Shown piece after piece: positions 1 to 13,242 of a DNA stretch of 64,000 bases; the stretch's first letter is position 1, and each line of letters opens with the position of its first letter. The DNA comes from Eledone cirrhosa (Eukaryota): NCBI GenBank assembly GCA_964016885.1, contig OZ024744.1, forward strand, positions 50,530,001-50,594,000. Direction: 5' to 3'. The notes below the pieces were generated by a model. That model did not search any database. It was not told the origin of the DNA and saw only the letters and a program-made list of their open reading frames with translations. The position numbers and the translations under genes were made by a program.

Positions 1-2370
1 CTGTGGCTGGAGTAAGACCACAAGCAGGAGGAGAGTGACTTGGTGGTGGAACAATAAGGTAGATGAGGCAGTTAAGGCCAAGAGACAGGCATGGAAAGAA
101 TGGAGAACGGGGGGAGCAGGGTACATTACATAGAGACCAAGAGGGAAGCTAGGCGACAAGTATACTTAGCTAGGAGGGAAGCAGAGGATAGAAAATTCAA
201 GCATGTTTTGCAACGTGAGGACCAGAAACAGGAGGTGTTCAAGATTGCGAGGCAGTGTGTCAGAGAGAATTGTGATGTCATTGGAGAGAAGTGTATCCGG
301 AATGATAAAGGTGAGCTTGCCCTCACAAGTGCTGAGAAGAAAGATGCATGGAAGAGTCATTATGATAGATTACTAAATGAGGAGAATGCATGGGAAGAAG
401 AGACCCTACCCCAAGTAGACTCTATAGAGGGGTCAGCAGCAGCGTAGTAAGTAAGGCAATCAAAGATATGAAGATGGGGAAGGCAACCGGTCCATCGGGT
501 ATAGCTGCCGAGATGCTGAAGGCATCTGGGTCTGTAGGTCACACTATAACCACACGTATTGTTAACCAGGTAATACTAGAAGGTGTCATACCAAAAGATT
601 GGTGCAGTAGCATCATTGTCAACTGCTACAAAGGTAAAGGCGATGCACTAGATAGAGGAAACTATAGAGGTATAAAGAGTTATAGCACAGTTGATTAGGG
701 ACCGGGTGAAAATAGACGAGATGCAATTTGGCTTTGTACCAGGAAGAGGCACCACTGATGCCCTCTTCCTTGTGAGGCAGTTACAGGAAAAGTACCTAGC
801 TAAAAGTAAGCCACTCTACCTGGCATTCGTCGATCTTGAGAAAGCCTTTGACAGAGTTCCACGTGCTGTAATCTGGTGGGCTCTTAGAAAACTAGGAGTA
901 GATGAATGGCTTGTGAAAGCGGTACAAGCCATGTATAGGGGAGCTGTCAGCAAAGTTAGGATTAGCAATGAGTATAGCGAGCAATTTGGCGTACAGGTTG
1001 GGGTCCACCAGGGTTCTGTTCGTAGCCCTCTCCTATTCATCATAGTCCTGTAGGCAATAACGGAGGAGTTTAAGACCGGATGCCCATGGTAACTCCTGTA
1101 TGCTGATGATCTCGCACTTATAGCTGAATCTATGGTAGAACTAGAGAAGAAATTCTAAACTTGGAAGCAGGGACTAGAAAGAAAGGGTCTCAAAGTCAAC
1201 ATGACAAAGACTAAGGTCCTTGTAAGTAGACGAGAAGACAGAACGCAGATCCCCTCAGGGAAATGGCCTTGCTCAGTATGTAGGAAAAGTGTAGGTAGGA
1301 ACTCCATTCTCTGCCCCAAATGCAAACAATGGGAACACAAGAGATGTAACGGGATCTCAGGAAGCTTAATTAAGAATGTAGACTTCACATGCAGCAGCTG
1401 TACTGGGACAGCAAGCAGCAAACAGCCACAGGAAACAAGTACCACCAATCTCTGGGAGGGCTCTGTAGAAACAGTAGACAGCGTCTGCTACCTAGGTGAC
1501 CGAATTAGCAGCGGAGGTGGGTGTTCAGAAAGTACAATAACTAGGGTAAGAACGGGATGGAAGAAGTTTAGGGAACTACTACCACTGCTAGCTGCAAAAG
1601 GCTTCTCCCTCAAAATGAAAGGCAGACTGTATGATGCGTGTATCCGAACAGCAATGTTACATGGTAGTGAGACCTGGGCGCTGAAGGTGGAAGACTTATG
1701 TAGATTAGAGAGAAATGAAGCCTGCATGCTCCGATGGATGTGTAATAGTAATATACGTGAACGACAAAGCATAAATGAATTGAGAGAGAGACTGAGCATA
1801 AGAGGAATCAAATGCTGTGTGCAGGAGAGGCGGTTACGCTGGTATGGACATGTGATGCGTATGAAGGATGACAGCTGCATAAAAAGGTGTAGAGCACTAG
1901 AGGTTGATGGAAACCGCGGAGTGGGGAGACCCAAGATGACCTGGGATGAGGTGATAAAAGCCGACCTTACCCAATTACACCTCTCAAAGGCGATGGATGA
2001 CACACAACCGTGACTTCTGGCGTCGCGCAGTAATACAGAGTACCCGACCTCCCATGGGTACAAGCTGAAGCATATAGACAATATGCTCCCACACCCCCCG
2101 CTGCAAGGTGGTCGTGGAGGTGCCACGGCTAAAAAGCACCCAGCCCACACTGTAAAGTGGACGTGTAGGCACCACGAAAAAGCACCCAGCACTCACTGTA
2201 AATGAGGTTGGTGTTAGGAAGGGCATCCAGCTGTAGAAATCAGCCAAATCAGTTCCTGTATGAGCAAGGCATGGTCAGCCAACCAGACACTGCCCACAAC
2301 AGGACAGCCAGTCTAACCCATGCTAGCGTGGAAGAACGGACGTAAAACGGTGATGATGATGATGATGATG
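1..2370 (+). mobile_element. RTE-clade LINE, family A, decayed copy (RT, PHD insert, 3' UTR, (GAT)n tail); extends beyond window start
   Basis: Closely matches 19465-21873. Has in-frame stops and small deletions; motifs AFVDLEKAFD and YADD present. Confidence 0.93.
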
Positions 2371-2371
2371 A

Positions 2372-3900
2372 GTGTTGGTGAATCTCAGGAAGCATGGAGG
2401 TTTTAAAGGACGCAGTGTCTAGACAGCTAATAACTGATGCAGGTGGGTTGTTCCATGCTTCAGCAACTCTGAGCGTGAAAAAATGTTTCCGAAAGTAATG
2501 GGAGCTGTGCTGTTTTCTGACTTTGTGGGCATGCCCACGTGTGTTAGACACATGAAAATCAAAAAGGTACTCAGGGTTGTTGTTAGCAAGATGGTTAATA
2601 ATTTTGTGGGTGTTTACCAAGTCAGTTGCTAGAAGTCTGAGCTTCAGTGTATCCATGCCCAGGGAAGCACAGCATTCAGAGTATGGTAGATGCTTGATGG
2701 AGGGTATTTGCTTGGTTGCACGTCTCTGAACAGTTTCCAGGCGGTCAATGTTCTGAGCAAGATAGGGGTTCCAGACTGGTGATGCAAATTCTAAGTGTGG
2801 CCACACCATAGCTATATACAGCTTTAAATAGATAACTGGAGAGTGGCTGACAAAGGTCTTGCTGAGTGATGCTAAGACACCCTCGGCCTTCTTGACAATT
2901 TTAGCGACGTACTTCGTCCAACGCAAATCGCTGCTGACCGTAATGCCCAGTTCACGTTCACCGTAATGCCCAGTTCACGTTCACAAGAAGACTTCTTGAT
3001 ATTAGTGTTGTGGAGGGAATATGTGGACGCTGGGTTTCTACTCCCAAAATGCATGGTGGTACACTTGTCCACAGCTAGCTTGAGTTGCCAGTCTGTGATC
3101 CATTGTTGCATTGTGTCCAGGTCAGATTGCAGGCAAGATCTATAGTGTTCAGGATCTGTCCTTTTTATCTCAAGGTACAGCTTGATGTCATCTGCATATT
3201 TCAGTATTGTGGCATTCTTTATGTTGGCATCTATGTCATTAATATATGCCACAAATAAAAGGGGGCCAAGAACAGATCCTGTGGTACACCAGATGACATC
3301 TCATATGGTGAGGAATGCTGTCCTAGAACCTAGCTACCTCTCTTATTGCATAGACTACGTGCATTCAAGGACAACAATTTGTACCTTGATTCCAGTCTAT
3401 GATTATGTGCAGGGGATGGCAGGTTGTTCTGATTTAGTTTCCCAGTGTTTTTTCATTTTTTTTATTGTCAGTTGTTGTGGGTACAGTGTTTTCAGACCAG
3501 CTAGTATCTCTTTTCCATGTTTCACCAGCCTTAATAAAATTCCATATCTGCCCATCATCACGTAGGCGGAAGTTTTCATGTTCTGCCAAGCTGCAGTTTA
3601 AAGAAGCTGCAGCACGCAGCTTTGAGCGGATATCTGGTGGAAGACCAGGGTGTGTTCGGAAGGCAATCTGACTTTCACGCCTAGCTTTATCAGAGGTTAA
3701 AAGATATGAACGTGCCTTAGTTGAGTTCGAAAAGGACAGTCTAATTAGCCTGGGTTTCGGACCTGGTCGGCCAAGGCGTAGAGCACCCTTCGGGGGAGCA
3801 CAGCCCAAGTCTTTGGATGAACTGGCAGCAAAAGCCTGAAGATCAACTGTCTTTTGATACACCAATGGCAATCACTTCATGGTTTACAGATTCAGTGACA
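2372..3900 (-). mobile_element. CR1/L2-like LINE remnant, internally deleted (ORF1-like fragment joined to RT C-terminus)
   Basis: Minus-strand PLLFVAYIND, KYADDIKL, LQSDLD, LEFASPVWNP and FFTLRVAEAWN. ORF 3434-3871 has LRLGRPGPKPRLIRLSF, similar to CR1 ORF1 C-termini. Short tandem duplication at about 2938-2983. Confidence 0.8.
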
Positions 3901-3924
3901 TTGTCAATGCATCTAGATTCGGCA

Positions 3925-5187
3925 AGAATCCTTCTTATGCCCAATTTCTCTCTCAGTTCATTTATGCTTTGCCATACATATTATTATTAAACATCCATCG
4001 AAGCATGGAAGCGTCATTTCTTTCCAGTCTTCACAGGTCCTCTGCACGCAGAACCAAGGTCTCACTACTATGCAATGTTGCTGTTCTTATACATGCATCA
4101 TACAATCTGCCCTTCATTTTGAGTGAAAAGAATCTTCTGTAGTTAGCAGTGGTGGTAACTCATTGAACTTTCTGCAACCAGTTCTCACTCTGGTTACTGT
4201 GCTTTCAGAATACCCTCTTCCACTGCTAATTTGGTCACCCAGGTAACAGAAACTATCAACTACTTCTATATAGCCCTCTGGGCATTTGGAGGAACTTGTA
4301 TCCTATGGGCTTTTGCTACTTACTGCACCTGTGCATCAGCTGCATGTAGACCCTACATTCTTTGCTAGACTTCCTGAGGTCCCATTACATCTCTTGTGAA
4401 ACCATAGTTTGCATTTGGGACATAGGATGGAATTTCTACCTACTCTTTTTCTGCGCACTTAGAAAGACCATTTCCCTGAAGGAATCTGGGGCCTGTTTTC
4501 CTTTCTACATACTAGAACTTTGGCCTTTGACAAGTTAACTAGATCTTTTGATTCTAGGCAATGCTTCCAGCTTTGGAATTTTGTCTCTAATTCTGCTATA
4601 GATTCAGCTATAAGGGTTAGGTCATTAGTCTACAGCCCTGATGGACATTGACCTGCATGCTAAATTCTTCACTATAGTCATTCTTAATTCTGACCTTGCT
4701 GACTGTTCCTCTATACATGGCTTGTACTGCCCTCACAAGCCACTCATCTACTCCTAATTTTTTAAGATCCCACTAGATAATAAAATGGGGGACTCTGTCA
4801 AATGCTTTCTCCAGGTCCACAAAAGCCAAGTAGGTGTTTACTTTTAGCTAAGTACTTCTGCAGTTGCTACACAAGGAATAGGGCATCTGGTACTTTTACC
4901 TGGCACAAATCCAACTGCATCTCATCTAGATTAACTTGATCCCTAATCAGCTGTGCTATAACTCTTTCTGTTACCTTCATAACCTGGCCAACTTAATACC
5001 TCTATAGTCTTCTCTCTGTAGAGCATCTCCTTTATCCTTGTAGCAGTTGACGATGATGCAGCTATGTCAGTCATTGGGTATGACACCATTTTGTATTACA
5101 ATACAGATGACTGTGGAGCAAACTATCTTCTTTCCATGCATTCTCCTCATTCAGTAGTCTTCCATAGTGGTGCTTCCATGCTACCTT
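3925..5187 (-). mobile_element. Old RTE LINE fragment, antisense
   Basis: Reverse complement follows the RTE RT/PHD region (VDLEKAFD-, LYDACI- and LRWM-like segments) with many indels. Confidence 0.85.
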
Positions 5188-5584
5188 ATGTATGTGTGTG
5201 TATATATATATATATATATAAATGATGATGATGTGTGCGTGCATGTATGTATATATGTGTATTTATGTTAGTGCAACCTAATTATCTCCCTTCCATTAGT
5301 CAAGTTCACGCTATATGTAAATGAACATCTATAATTTGTTTTGTATGCAAAAATCGTTGAGGCATTAGCCCATTTTGTTTCAGAAACGAGTCAGTATATG
5401 TCACTGATGAAGGATAAGATTCCATAAAAGTAATCAGGCATTCTCTTCACTACACATAGCTTTTCAAAAAAATTCATAGCCGGACTTGTGTGTTTATTAT
5501 ACATAAATGTATCATATATGTGTTTGTGTGTGTGTATGTAAATATATATAGTGTGACAGGGTGGGTGTATATATATATATATAT

Positions 5585-6036
5585 ATGCCTGTGTGAGGAG
5601 CGCGATGCTGCATGGTAGTGAGACATGGGCAGCTACCGCAGAAGATATGCGACGGCTGGAGAGAAATGAGGCAAGCATGCTCCGTTGGATGTGCGTGAAC
5701 GACCCAGCATAAATGTGTTGAGAGAGAAACTGTGTCTGAGAGGGATAGAATGTAGTGTACGGGAGAGGAGACTGAGGTGGTATGGACATGTGATGCGCAT
5801 GGAGGATGACCGATGGGTGAAGAAGTGCCAGGAAATGCCAGTTGAAAGAAGACGTGGTAGAGGTAGACCACGAAAAACATGGGCGGAGGTGGTGAGAACA
5901 GACCTCAGATCATTGAAGCTCACGGTGGAGATGACGAGGGACCGTGACGAGTGGAGAGATGCTGTGCTGAATAAGACCCGTCCCACCCTTGCAAGCAGGG
6001 AAAAGCTGACATAAAATGATGATGATGATGATGATG
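5585..6036 (+). mobile_element. RTE family C 3' fragment; ORF runs directly into the terminal stem-loop and (GAT)n tail
   Basis: MLHGSETWA, RRLRWYGHVMRM and GRPRKTW motifs, then the tail. Confidence 0.88.
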
Positions 6037-6066
6037 AGATATATATATATATATATATATAATTAG

Positions 6067-7254
6067 GTATCATTAATTGGCAGTATCGGTAGAGGGTTGG
6101 ACGCCATGCTTTCTAGCATAGTTACGTCCTTTTACAGTCTGAGTTCAAATCCTGCCGAGGTTACTTTCATCCTTACGGGGTCGATAAAATAAAGTACCAG
6201 TAATGTACTGGTGATTGCTGGCCTTGTGCCTAAAGTAGAAACAATTATATATGTGTGTAGATATATATATATATATATAACAAAACACCCCCACCCCATC
6301 CACACCGCCCCTTTCAATATAAAGTTATGTTGGTGCCACAACATCCAGGCCGAAACAAATGCGATCGTGTAGGTGTCACGACAAAAAAACACAGTCCACG
6401 CTGTAATGTGACCGTGTAGGCAACACGGTAAAGACCTCCCAGTCCCACACTGTAAATGTGGTTGGTGTTAGGAAGGGCATCCAGCTGTAGAAAACCCGGC
6501 AGACAGTCCACGCTGTAATGTGGCCGAGTAGGCAACACGGTAAAAACCTCCCAGCCCCACACTGTAAATGTGGTTGGTGTTAGGAATGGCATCCAGCTGT
6601 AGAAAACCCGCCAGACGGTCCTATGTGAGCAAGACAACCACTCTTGCCTCAAGTGGGAAAACTCCCGTCCAAACCCATGCAAGCGTGGAACATGGACGTT
6701 AAACGATGATGATGATGATGATGATATAATTGTTTCTACTTTAGGCACAAGGCCAGCAATTACCCAGTACATTACTGGTACTTTATTTTATCGACCCCGT
6801 AAGGATGAAAGGCAAAGTCAACCTCGGCGGGATTTGAACTCGGATCGTAAAGGGATGTAACTATGCTGGAAAGCATGGCGTTCAACCCTCTACCAATACT
6901 GCCAATAAATACCTCGGCGGGATTTGAACCCTTTACGATCTGAGTTCAAATCCCGCCGAGGGTGACTTTGCCTTTCATCCTTACGGGGTCGATAAAATAA
7001 AGTACCAGTAATGCACTGGGTAATTGCTGGCCTTGTGCCTAAAGTAAAAACAATTATATATGTGTGTATAGGGCGGTGAATTGGCAGTATCGGTAGATGG
7101 TCGGACATGCTTTCCAGCATAGTTACGTCCTTTTACGATCTGAGTTCAAATCCCGCTGAGGTTAACTTTGCCTTTCATCCTTACGGGGTCGATAAGATAA
7201 ATACCAGTAATGTACTGGGTAATTGCTGGCCTTGTGCCAAAAGTAGAAACAATT
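6067..7254. mobile_element. Cluster of SINE family B copies (+, -, +, +) with an RTE family B 3' UTR (about 6280-6725) inside
   Basis: Repeated ~180-bp unit with B-box-like gagttcaaatccc and core gactttgcctttcatccttacggggtcgataaaataaagtaccag; inverted copy at 6727-6908. Confidence 0.85.
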
Positions 7255-7653
7255 ATATATGTGTATGTATATATATATATATATATATATAATTAGGTAT
7301 CACTATAGAATTACAGAAAAGGGGCAACAAGCACAGTTTGACCGTGAAAAAATCCACTTTTTGCTTGATTATTTTCATGTCAAAACATTTTTTTCAGTGG
7401 ACAGTTATATATCATTTGAAAGTTCTAAATGTGAACTTTCTTCTCATATATTTTTATCAAAATCCACGCTTGTATACCATACCAGGTCCCCTCAATCACT
7501 CGTTTTTGTTTTTGACTGGTGAATGGTAACGCTAGTTTTAGTTCAATGCACTGGAGCACTAACTCGATTTGTGTTGAAAATAATACAGTCATGAAGAGTG
7601 ACTGCTATAAAATTCACTTGTTTTGCTCTATTTTGATATAAAAATCGAAGGGC

Positions 7654-8097
7654 ATCATCATCGTCATCATTTTAAGTCCGCTTTTCCCTGCTTGCAAGGG
7701 TTGGACGGGTCCTATTCAGCACAGCATCTCTCCACCCATCACGGTCCTTCGTCATCTCCTCGGTGAGTTTCAGCGATCTGAGGTCTGCTCTCACCACCTC
7801 TGCCCATGTTTTTCGTGGTCTACCTCTACTGGGACTTCCTGGCACTTCACCCATCGGTCATCCTCCATGCACATCACATGTCCATACCATCTCAGCCTTC
7901 TTTCCTGCACACCACAACTTATCCCTCTTATACCCAGTTTTTCTCAACTCGTCTATACTTTGTTGTTCACACACATTGACATTGCACATCCAACGGAGCA
8001 TACTTGCTTCATTTCTGTCCAGCTGTCGCATATCTTCTGCAGTTGCTGCCCATGTCTCACTACCATGCAGCACCACGCATCTCACACAGGCATCATA
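7654..8097 (-). mobile_element. RTE family C 3' fragment, antisense
   Basis: Minus ORFs VLHGSETWAA and GRPRKTWAEVVR; (ATC)n at the left end. Confidence 0.87.
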
Positions 8098-8612
8098 TAA
8101 TCATTATGAAATATAAAAGTAAAAATGTTATCGTTAATTTTCACTGAGAAAAGAATATATTTTCTTCAAGATTTTTATACCATAAGAAAAATTCTCGCAG
8201 ATTCAATAGAACCATTGCCAAATCTGGCCACGAGATGGTGCAAAAGCACAAAGTCACAGATGCTTGTAATACATGCTGATGCTACTTATGAAAATGGCAT
8301 ATTCCCATGCACCAAGTGCTGAAACAGAATATGTGTGTGTGTGTACATGCATATGTGTATATGTTCAACAGTCGTGTGTTTATGTTACTGAGAACGTGTA
8401 TTTGTGTGTGTTAGTGTACATGAGCTTGATGTGTGCATAGGTTCATGTGTATGTGGAGTGTGTGTATATCTATCTCAATCTCTGTGTGTGTATATGTATA
8501 CAAATGATACTCAGAAAAAGAAATATATTGAAAGAAAGAAGAGCTAGAGAAAGCATAATACTGATAGGTACAAATATTGTAGTTTACAACATATGTATGC
8601 ATATATATGTAT

Positions 8613-8935
8613 ATCATCATCTTCATCATCGTTGAACGTCCATCTTCCACACTAGCATGAGTTGGACGGGTTTGTCCCACTTGAGGCAAGATTGGTCAGG
8701 TGACTGTCTTGGTCATACAGAACTTGTTTTTGGCAGGCTTTCTATGGCTGGATGCCCTTCCTAACACCAACCACATTTACAGTGTGGACTTGGAGCCTTT
8801 TTACTGTGCCTCCTACACAACCACTTTACGGTGTGGACTGGGTGCTTTTTGTCGTGTCACCTACACAACCACTTTACAGTGTCGACTGGGTGCTTTTTGT
8901 CGTGTCACCTACACGACCATTTTACAGTGGACAGA
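8613..8935 (-). mobile_element. Non-autonomous element made of RTE-UTR-type ~45-bp modules plus RTE terminal stem-loop
   Basis: Repeated ccac(a/t)ttacagtgtggactgg modules and ggatgcccttcc. Related copies at about 45130-45560, 46100-46370, 46830-47105, 48740-49055 and 51890-52245. Confidence 0.7.
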
Positions 8936-9299
8936 AGTGGGTGAATGGGGTGTGAGGTGTATATGTTATTATATCTAAAGTGCATAGATAGATAGAATCC
9001 GAGACTTGAAATATCGAGTTTCAGCCAGGATTTAAAGTCATTGATGAACTAATTGATAAGCAAACCTATATTTCTAGAAAAAATGCACTAAATTGAGCTA
9101 CATAAGTCTTCTAGAATCCAAAATTTGCATTGAATTGTCGTATTGAGAATGTTGTTTATTCCTTCTCTGTGTTTTAACGTGTGGAGAGCAAGGTCCAAAT
9201 TTTACATAAGATATTCTTGTAAATGTAAATCGCATTTTTCTTTGAGAAATATTGATCTAGAAAATGTGACCCCAACATTGTCTATTCCACCATCAAGCT

Positions 9300-9570
9300 G
9301 GTCAGCTAAATGTGCCACTTTACCAAGTATTTGTGGACCTTACCAAAGCCTTTGATACTGTTAATTGTAGTGCATTGTGGACCATATTGAGGAAACTAGG
9401 GTGCCCTCCTGGATTTATTGGAATATTCAGAAAACTCCATCAAGATATGAAAGCAAAAGTGAATTTCATTGGGACTCTTTCAGAGCTAATTTCAGTGGAA
9501 AATTGTCAAGCCAGGTAACATATCTGCACCCACATTGTTATCCATCTACTTTGCCGTACTGCTGACATAT
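9300..9570 (+). mobile_element. RTE/BovB-like RT fragment
   Basis: PLYQVFVDLTKAFDTVNCSALWTILRKLGCP. Confidence 0.75.
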
Positions 9571-10669
9571 GCCTCCTAAGTATTCTTTATTCTACCTGGG
9601 AAGGAATAAATGTGTGCGATTGATGATGGTCAAGAGGTTATCGCACTTGGCTATGGGAGCCACACCTCCACTGTGTGCAACACTAACATGACTAGTGTTA
9701 GTCCTGCATATGCAATTAGCATAAATCTTTTATGTTGTGATTTTCATATTTAGCAGGGTTTTTCTGACTGGATGCCCTTCCTATCACTAACCACTTTACA
9801 GCATATACTGGGTGTTTTTTTATGCCAACAGCACCAGAGAGATTGTTTGGCCAGGCTGAAGGGTCCTCTCTACCATGTATCAGTTTTTATTCAAAGTGAC
9901 TGTTCTCTTAGGCAGGCTGCCTCCTCTGTGGCTTAGATAGCCCAAGTCTACTCTGTGCAGAAATCTTGCCCAGCAAAGGGTTCAGAGGACCCCTTGTGTG
10001 AAGGTCATAACAGCCTCTCTAGTTTTGGTGATCAACATGATAACACACACCCAGTACACACTGTAATGTGTTTGATGATATGAAGGGCATCCAGCTATAG
10101 AAAGCTTGCCAAACAAAGGATTGAGAGGACTTTCAGTTGTGTCAAAGATACAAGAACCTCTCTAGTGTTGGTGCTGCTATAAAATTCACTTGGTAGAATG
10201 TGGAACTGTATGTATGTGAGATGGGAACATCTGGCCTGTTTGGAATGTCAATAGCCTCATTTTAGTACTATGACCTGTCTGATCGTTGCTAGCAAACAAA
10301 GCAGACATTGAATGATGATGATGGGTTAAAAGAGAAGACAGACAGAGAATAATGACACAAAATATTATCAGTTTCATACATGTGAAAAGGATGGGTGAGA
10401 CGGACAGGCAAGTGGTCATGTAATTTGTCTGGCTTGTGTGTGGTGCAGATGGATTGTGGGTTTAGTGTTGGAAGAGGTTTCTCTTTGGTGTTGGTATGTG
10501 TTTGGGGATTGGGTGAATTATGTGAATGTGTGTGTACCATCTGAGAGGTGAAGAAATATGATTGTGCGGGGAAGGGTTATATGTGCAAGTGTGTGTGTAT
10601 ATACATACACGCACACATATCTATTTACATTAAGACAACTACATTTCTTTTATTTCTAATTTTTTTTAG

Positions 10670-10765
10670 CCAAGAAATTCTGTCAAATTACTATCAGTAC
10701 TTAGACAAATGCCACAGAGGCATGGACCCGATGAATTTTTCAGCTTTCCCGGTAAAAAGGGCTCA
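10670..10765 (+). CDS. Nbea: Neurobeachin/LRBA-family exon 1 in window ([32 protein letters not shown])
   Basis: ttttttag acceptor and gtaagt donor; 96 nt, phase 0/0. Resembles the recalled vertebrate NBEA/LRBA segment PPHAGKLLSVLKHMPQKYGPDAFFNFPGKSAA. Not shown in this frame in the ORF track. Confidence 0.92.
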
Positions 10766-10911
10766 GTAAGTGCTATTTAATTCTTTTAATAACAACCATA
10801 AGCTGGCCCCCCAAATAATTCTGGTTCATTGAAGCAAAATCACCCATTTCAATTAAATTAAAACCTTCCAATCTTTGATTTATCAATCAACCAGACTATC
10901 AAATGTTTTAT

Positions 10912-11060
10912 ATACCACTGAGAATATATATATATATATATATGTTTGACAATTGCCACCGACGAATGCGAGAAAGTTAACCAGAAATCTTTAAAATTCT
11001 TCCCGCCAAAGTTAACAAAGAACTTACTAGATCTACCAACTCATAATATTATAAAATTAA
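10912..11060. repeat. Unclassified dispersed repeat (second copy at about 34242-34400)
   Basis: Shared ataccac..agaata(ta)n tgtttgacaattgccaccgacgaatgcgagaaagtt...aagttaacaaagaacttactagatctaccaact. Confidence 0.75.
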
Positions 11061-11139
11061 ATCAAATTATTTAGAACTACAAGTGAAGTCATTCCTTTCC
11101 TTCTTTTCAAATATGTATATATATATATATTTATGTATA

Positions 11140-11322
11140 TAGTAGTGAAAGAGTGAAGAATGACATGGTCGGCTGTACAAAAAGGGTTTTATTTACAGTA
11201 TTAACAATTGATTCGTTGATCAGGTGAGTCTAAAAGCTGCTGATCACTTGAAATTGCGTCACTCGACCTTAAATAGAGTGTGTGTCTCAGATCAAATCAT
11301 CGGAATACTGGAGGGTGTAACA
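11140..11322 (-). mobile_element. Probable short solo LTR
   Basis: Minus strand begins TGTTACA, contains TATTTAA then AATAAA, and ends cactacta; embedded in TA repeats. Confidence 0.45.
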
Positions 11323-11348
11323 TGCATATATATAGGTATATATATATA

Positions 11349-12226
11349 TATATAAATGAAAATAAAATTAATGTAAGCAAAATGCCAACAATATGAAAAA
11401 ATATTTAATGTAAGATGAAAAAATATTTAATGTAAGATGCGGGAAAAAAAAGTAATACAATCAAAACAAATCGAGAAGAAAAACTTTGTCATCAAACTTT
11501 GTGTAAGTTGGCGAAAAAGCAATATAATCTTAATTCAAAATAAAATCAAGAAGTAATACTTAACCGTCAATTTGGGGAAAACTACAAATGCACTATATAG
11601 TCTTAAGAGACCATTTCACAAAACTTTTCAGTGGGGTTAGAATCGATCTTCAGTAGTGCTCCTTACATTAACTAAATCTGCACTGCTAAAATACCGAGGG
11701 GAAAAAATAATCCACTGTGAGTTAAAAGCAGGCATGCGAACAGCGTGTAGAAATGAAATAACAAACCACAAGTGAACACAAGCTAGTAATGGCGGGATGA
11801 GATGAGAAAGCAGTTTACAAGAAACAACATTCAAAACATTCCGAAAAAAAATGAACAAAAATGTGGAGTTCAGCATAAGCAATATTATCGCAGTCTTTTT
11901 TTTAAAAAACTGGGATTAGTCACAAATATTAGTAGCACTCAAGGAAAACACCGAGTATAAATATATAAATGAAAATAAAATTAATGTAAGCAAAATGCCA
12001 ACAATAATTCAGGTATATAAATGACTATACCATCAATATTTAATGTAAGATGAGGGAAAAAAAAGTAATACAATCTTAAAAGTAATACAATCAAAACAAA
12101 TCAAGAAGAAAAACTTTGTCATCAAACTTTATGTAAGTTTGGGGAAAAAGCAATATAATCTTAATTCAAAATAAAATCAAGAAGTAATACTTAACCATCA
12201 ATTTTGGGAAAACTACAAATGCACTA
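11349..12226 (-). mobile_element. Non-coding hammerhead-bearing element with ~250-bp terminal direct repeats (period 631 bp)
   Basis: 11349-11599 repeats at 11961-12230; HHR abuts the left repeat; flanked by (TA)n. Confidence 0.7.
11590..11659 (-). ncRNA. Type I hammerhead ribozyme motif with a degenerate stem II
   Basis: Minus strand: gcacta CTGAAGA [29 nt] GAAA tggtct ctta agacta TA | tagtgc. Stem I is a perfect 6 bp and stem III is 6 bp. Confidence 0.65.
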
Positions 12227-12329
12227 TATATATATATATATGTGTGTGTATATATATAGGTATATATATGTATATGTATATATATGTATGTACATGTATA
12301 TATATCTATATGTGTATATATATGTATAC

Positions 12330-13211
12330 AGGTTCGGTACCAGAAATGAGGAAGGCTTCAGAATTTTGGAATTCTGCGATGCAAATAACCTAACTATCTG
12401 CAACACAAACTTCAAAAAACAAGCAATCACTTGATCACCTATAGATCATGGTAACACGCCAGTCAGATAGATTATATCCTTACCAGAAGACGTGACAAAG
12501 TGTTGGTTGTAAACACTAAATCCTTCCCTGCGAAGAATGCACCTCCCAACATAGCCTCATAGTTAGTGACCTCATAGTCAGGACGAGACATACTCGACAA
12601 CAGAGGAGGACTACCCTGAGAAGAAGGATATGGAAGTTAAAGGACCCCACAGCCAGTAACAAATTTAAAAGCATATTACTTGATGCTTTTGACAGTAAGG
12701 AAGAGCAATTAGAGACGTACAATATAGAGGAACAGTGGGAATTCCTGAAAGTTAACCTGCTGAAGGCAACAGATGAAACCTGTGGCTGGAGCAGACCTAT
12801 AGGCAGGAGGAGAGTAACATGGTGGTGGAATAGTAAGGTGGAGGAGTCAATCAAGGCCAAGAAGCAAGCTTGGAAAGTATGGCGGGATAGGGGAAGTAGA
12901 GAACACTATCAAACGGCGAGGAGGGAAGCTAGGAGACAAGTGTATCTTGCAAGAAGGGAAGCAGAGGAAAGAAAGTTCAAGCATGTTCTACAACGCGAGG
13001 ACCAAAAACGTGAGGTGTTCAGGATTGCTAGACAATGTGTCAAGGAAAATCGTGATATTGTCGGGGAGAAGTGTGTCCGTAATGATGATGGTATACTTGC
13101 TGTCTCTGATACTGATAAGGAAGTAGCTTGGAAGTGTCACTACGAGAGACTACTAAATGAGGAGAATAAGTGGGAAAAAGATAGTCTGCTCTAAATCGAT
13201 CCAATAGAGGG
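12330..13211 (+). mobile_element. RTE family B internal fragment (APE C-terminus and linker)
   Basis: FGTRNEEGFRILEFCDANNL and TWWWN; stops and frameshifts. Confidence 0.9.
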
Positions 13212-13242
13212 ATATATATATGTATATATATATATATATATA

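Noticed and set aside
1-10669. Additional upstream neurobeachin exon
   Set aside because: No segment with splice sites and the expected preceding peptide was found by eye; it probably lies before the window.
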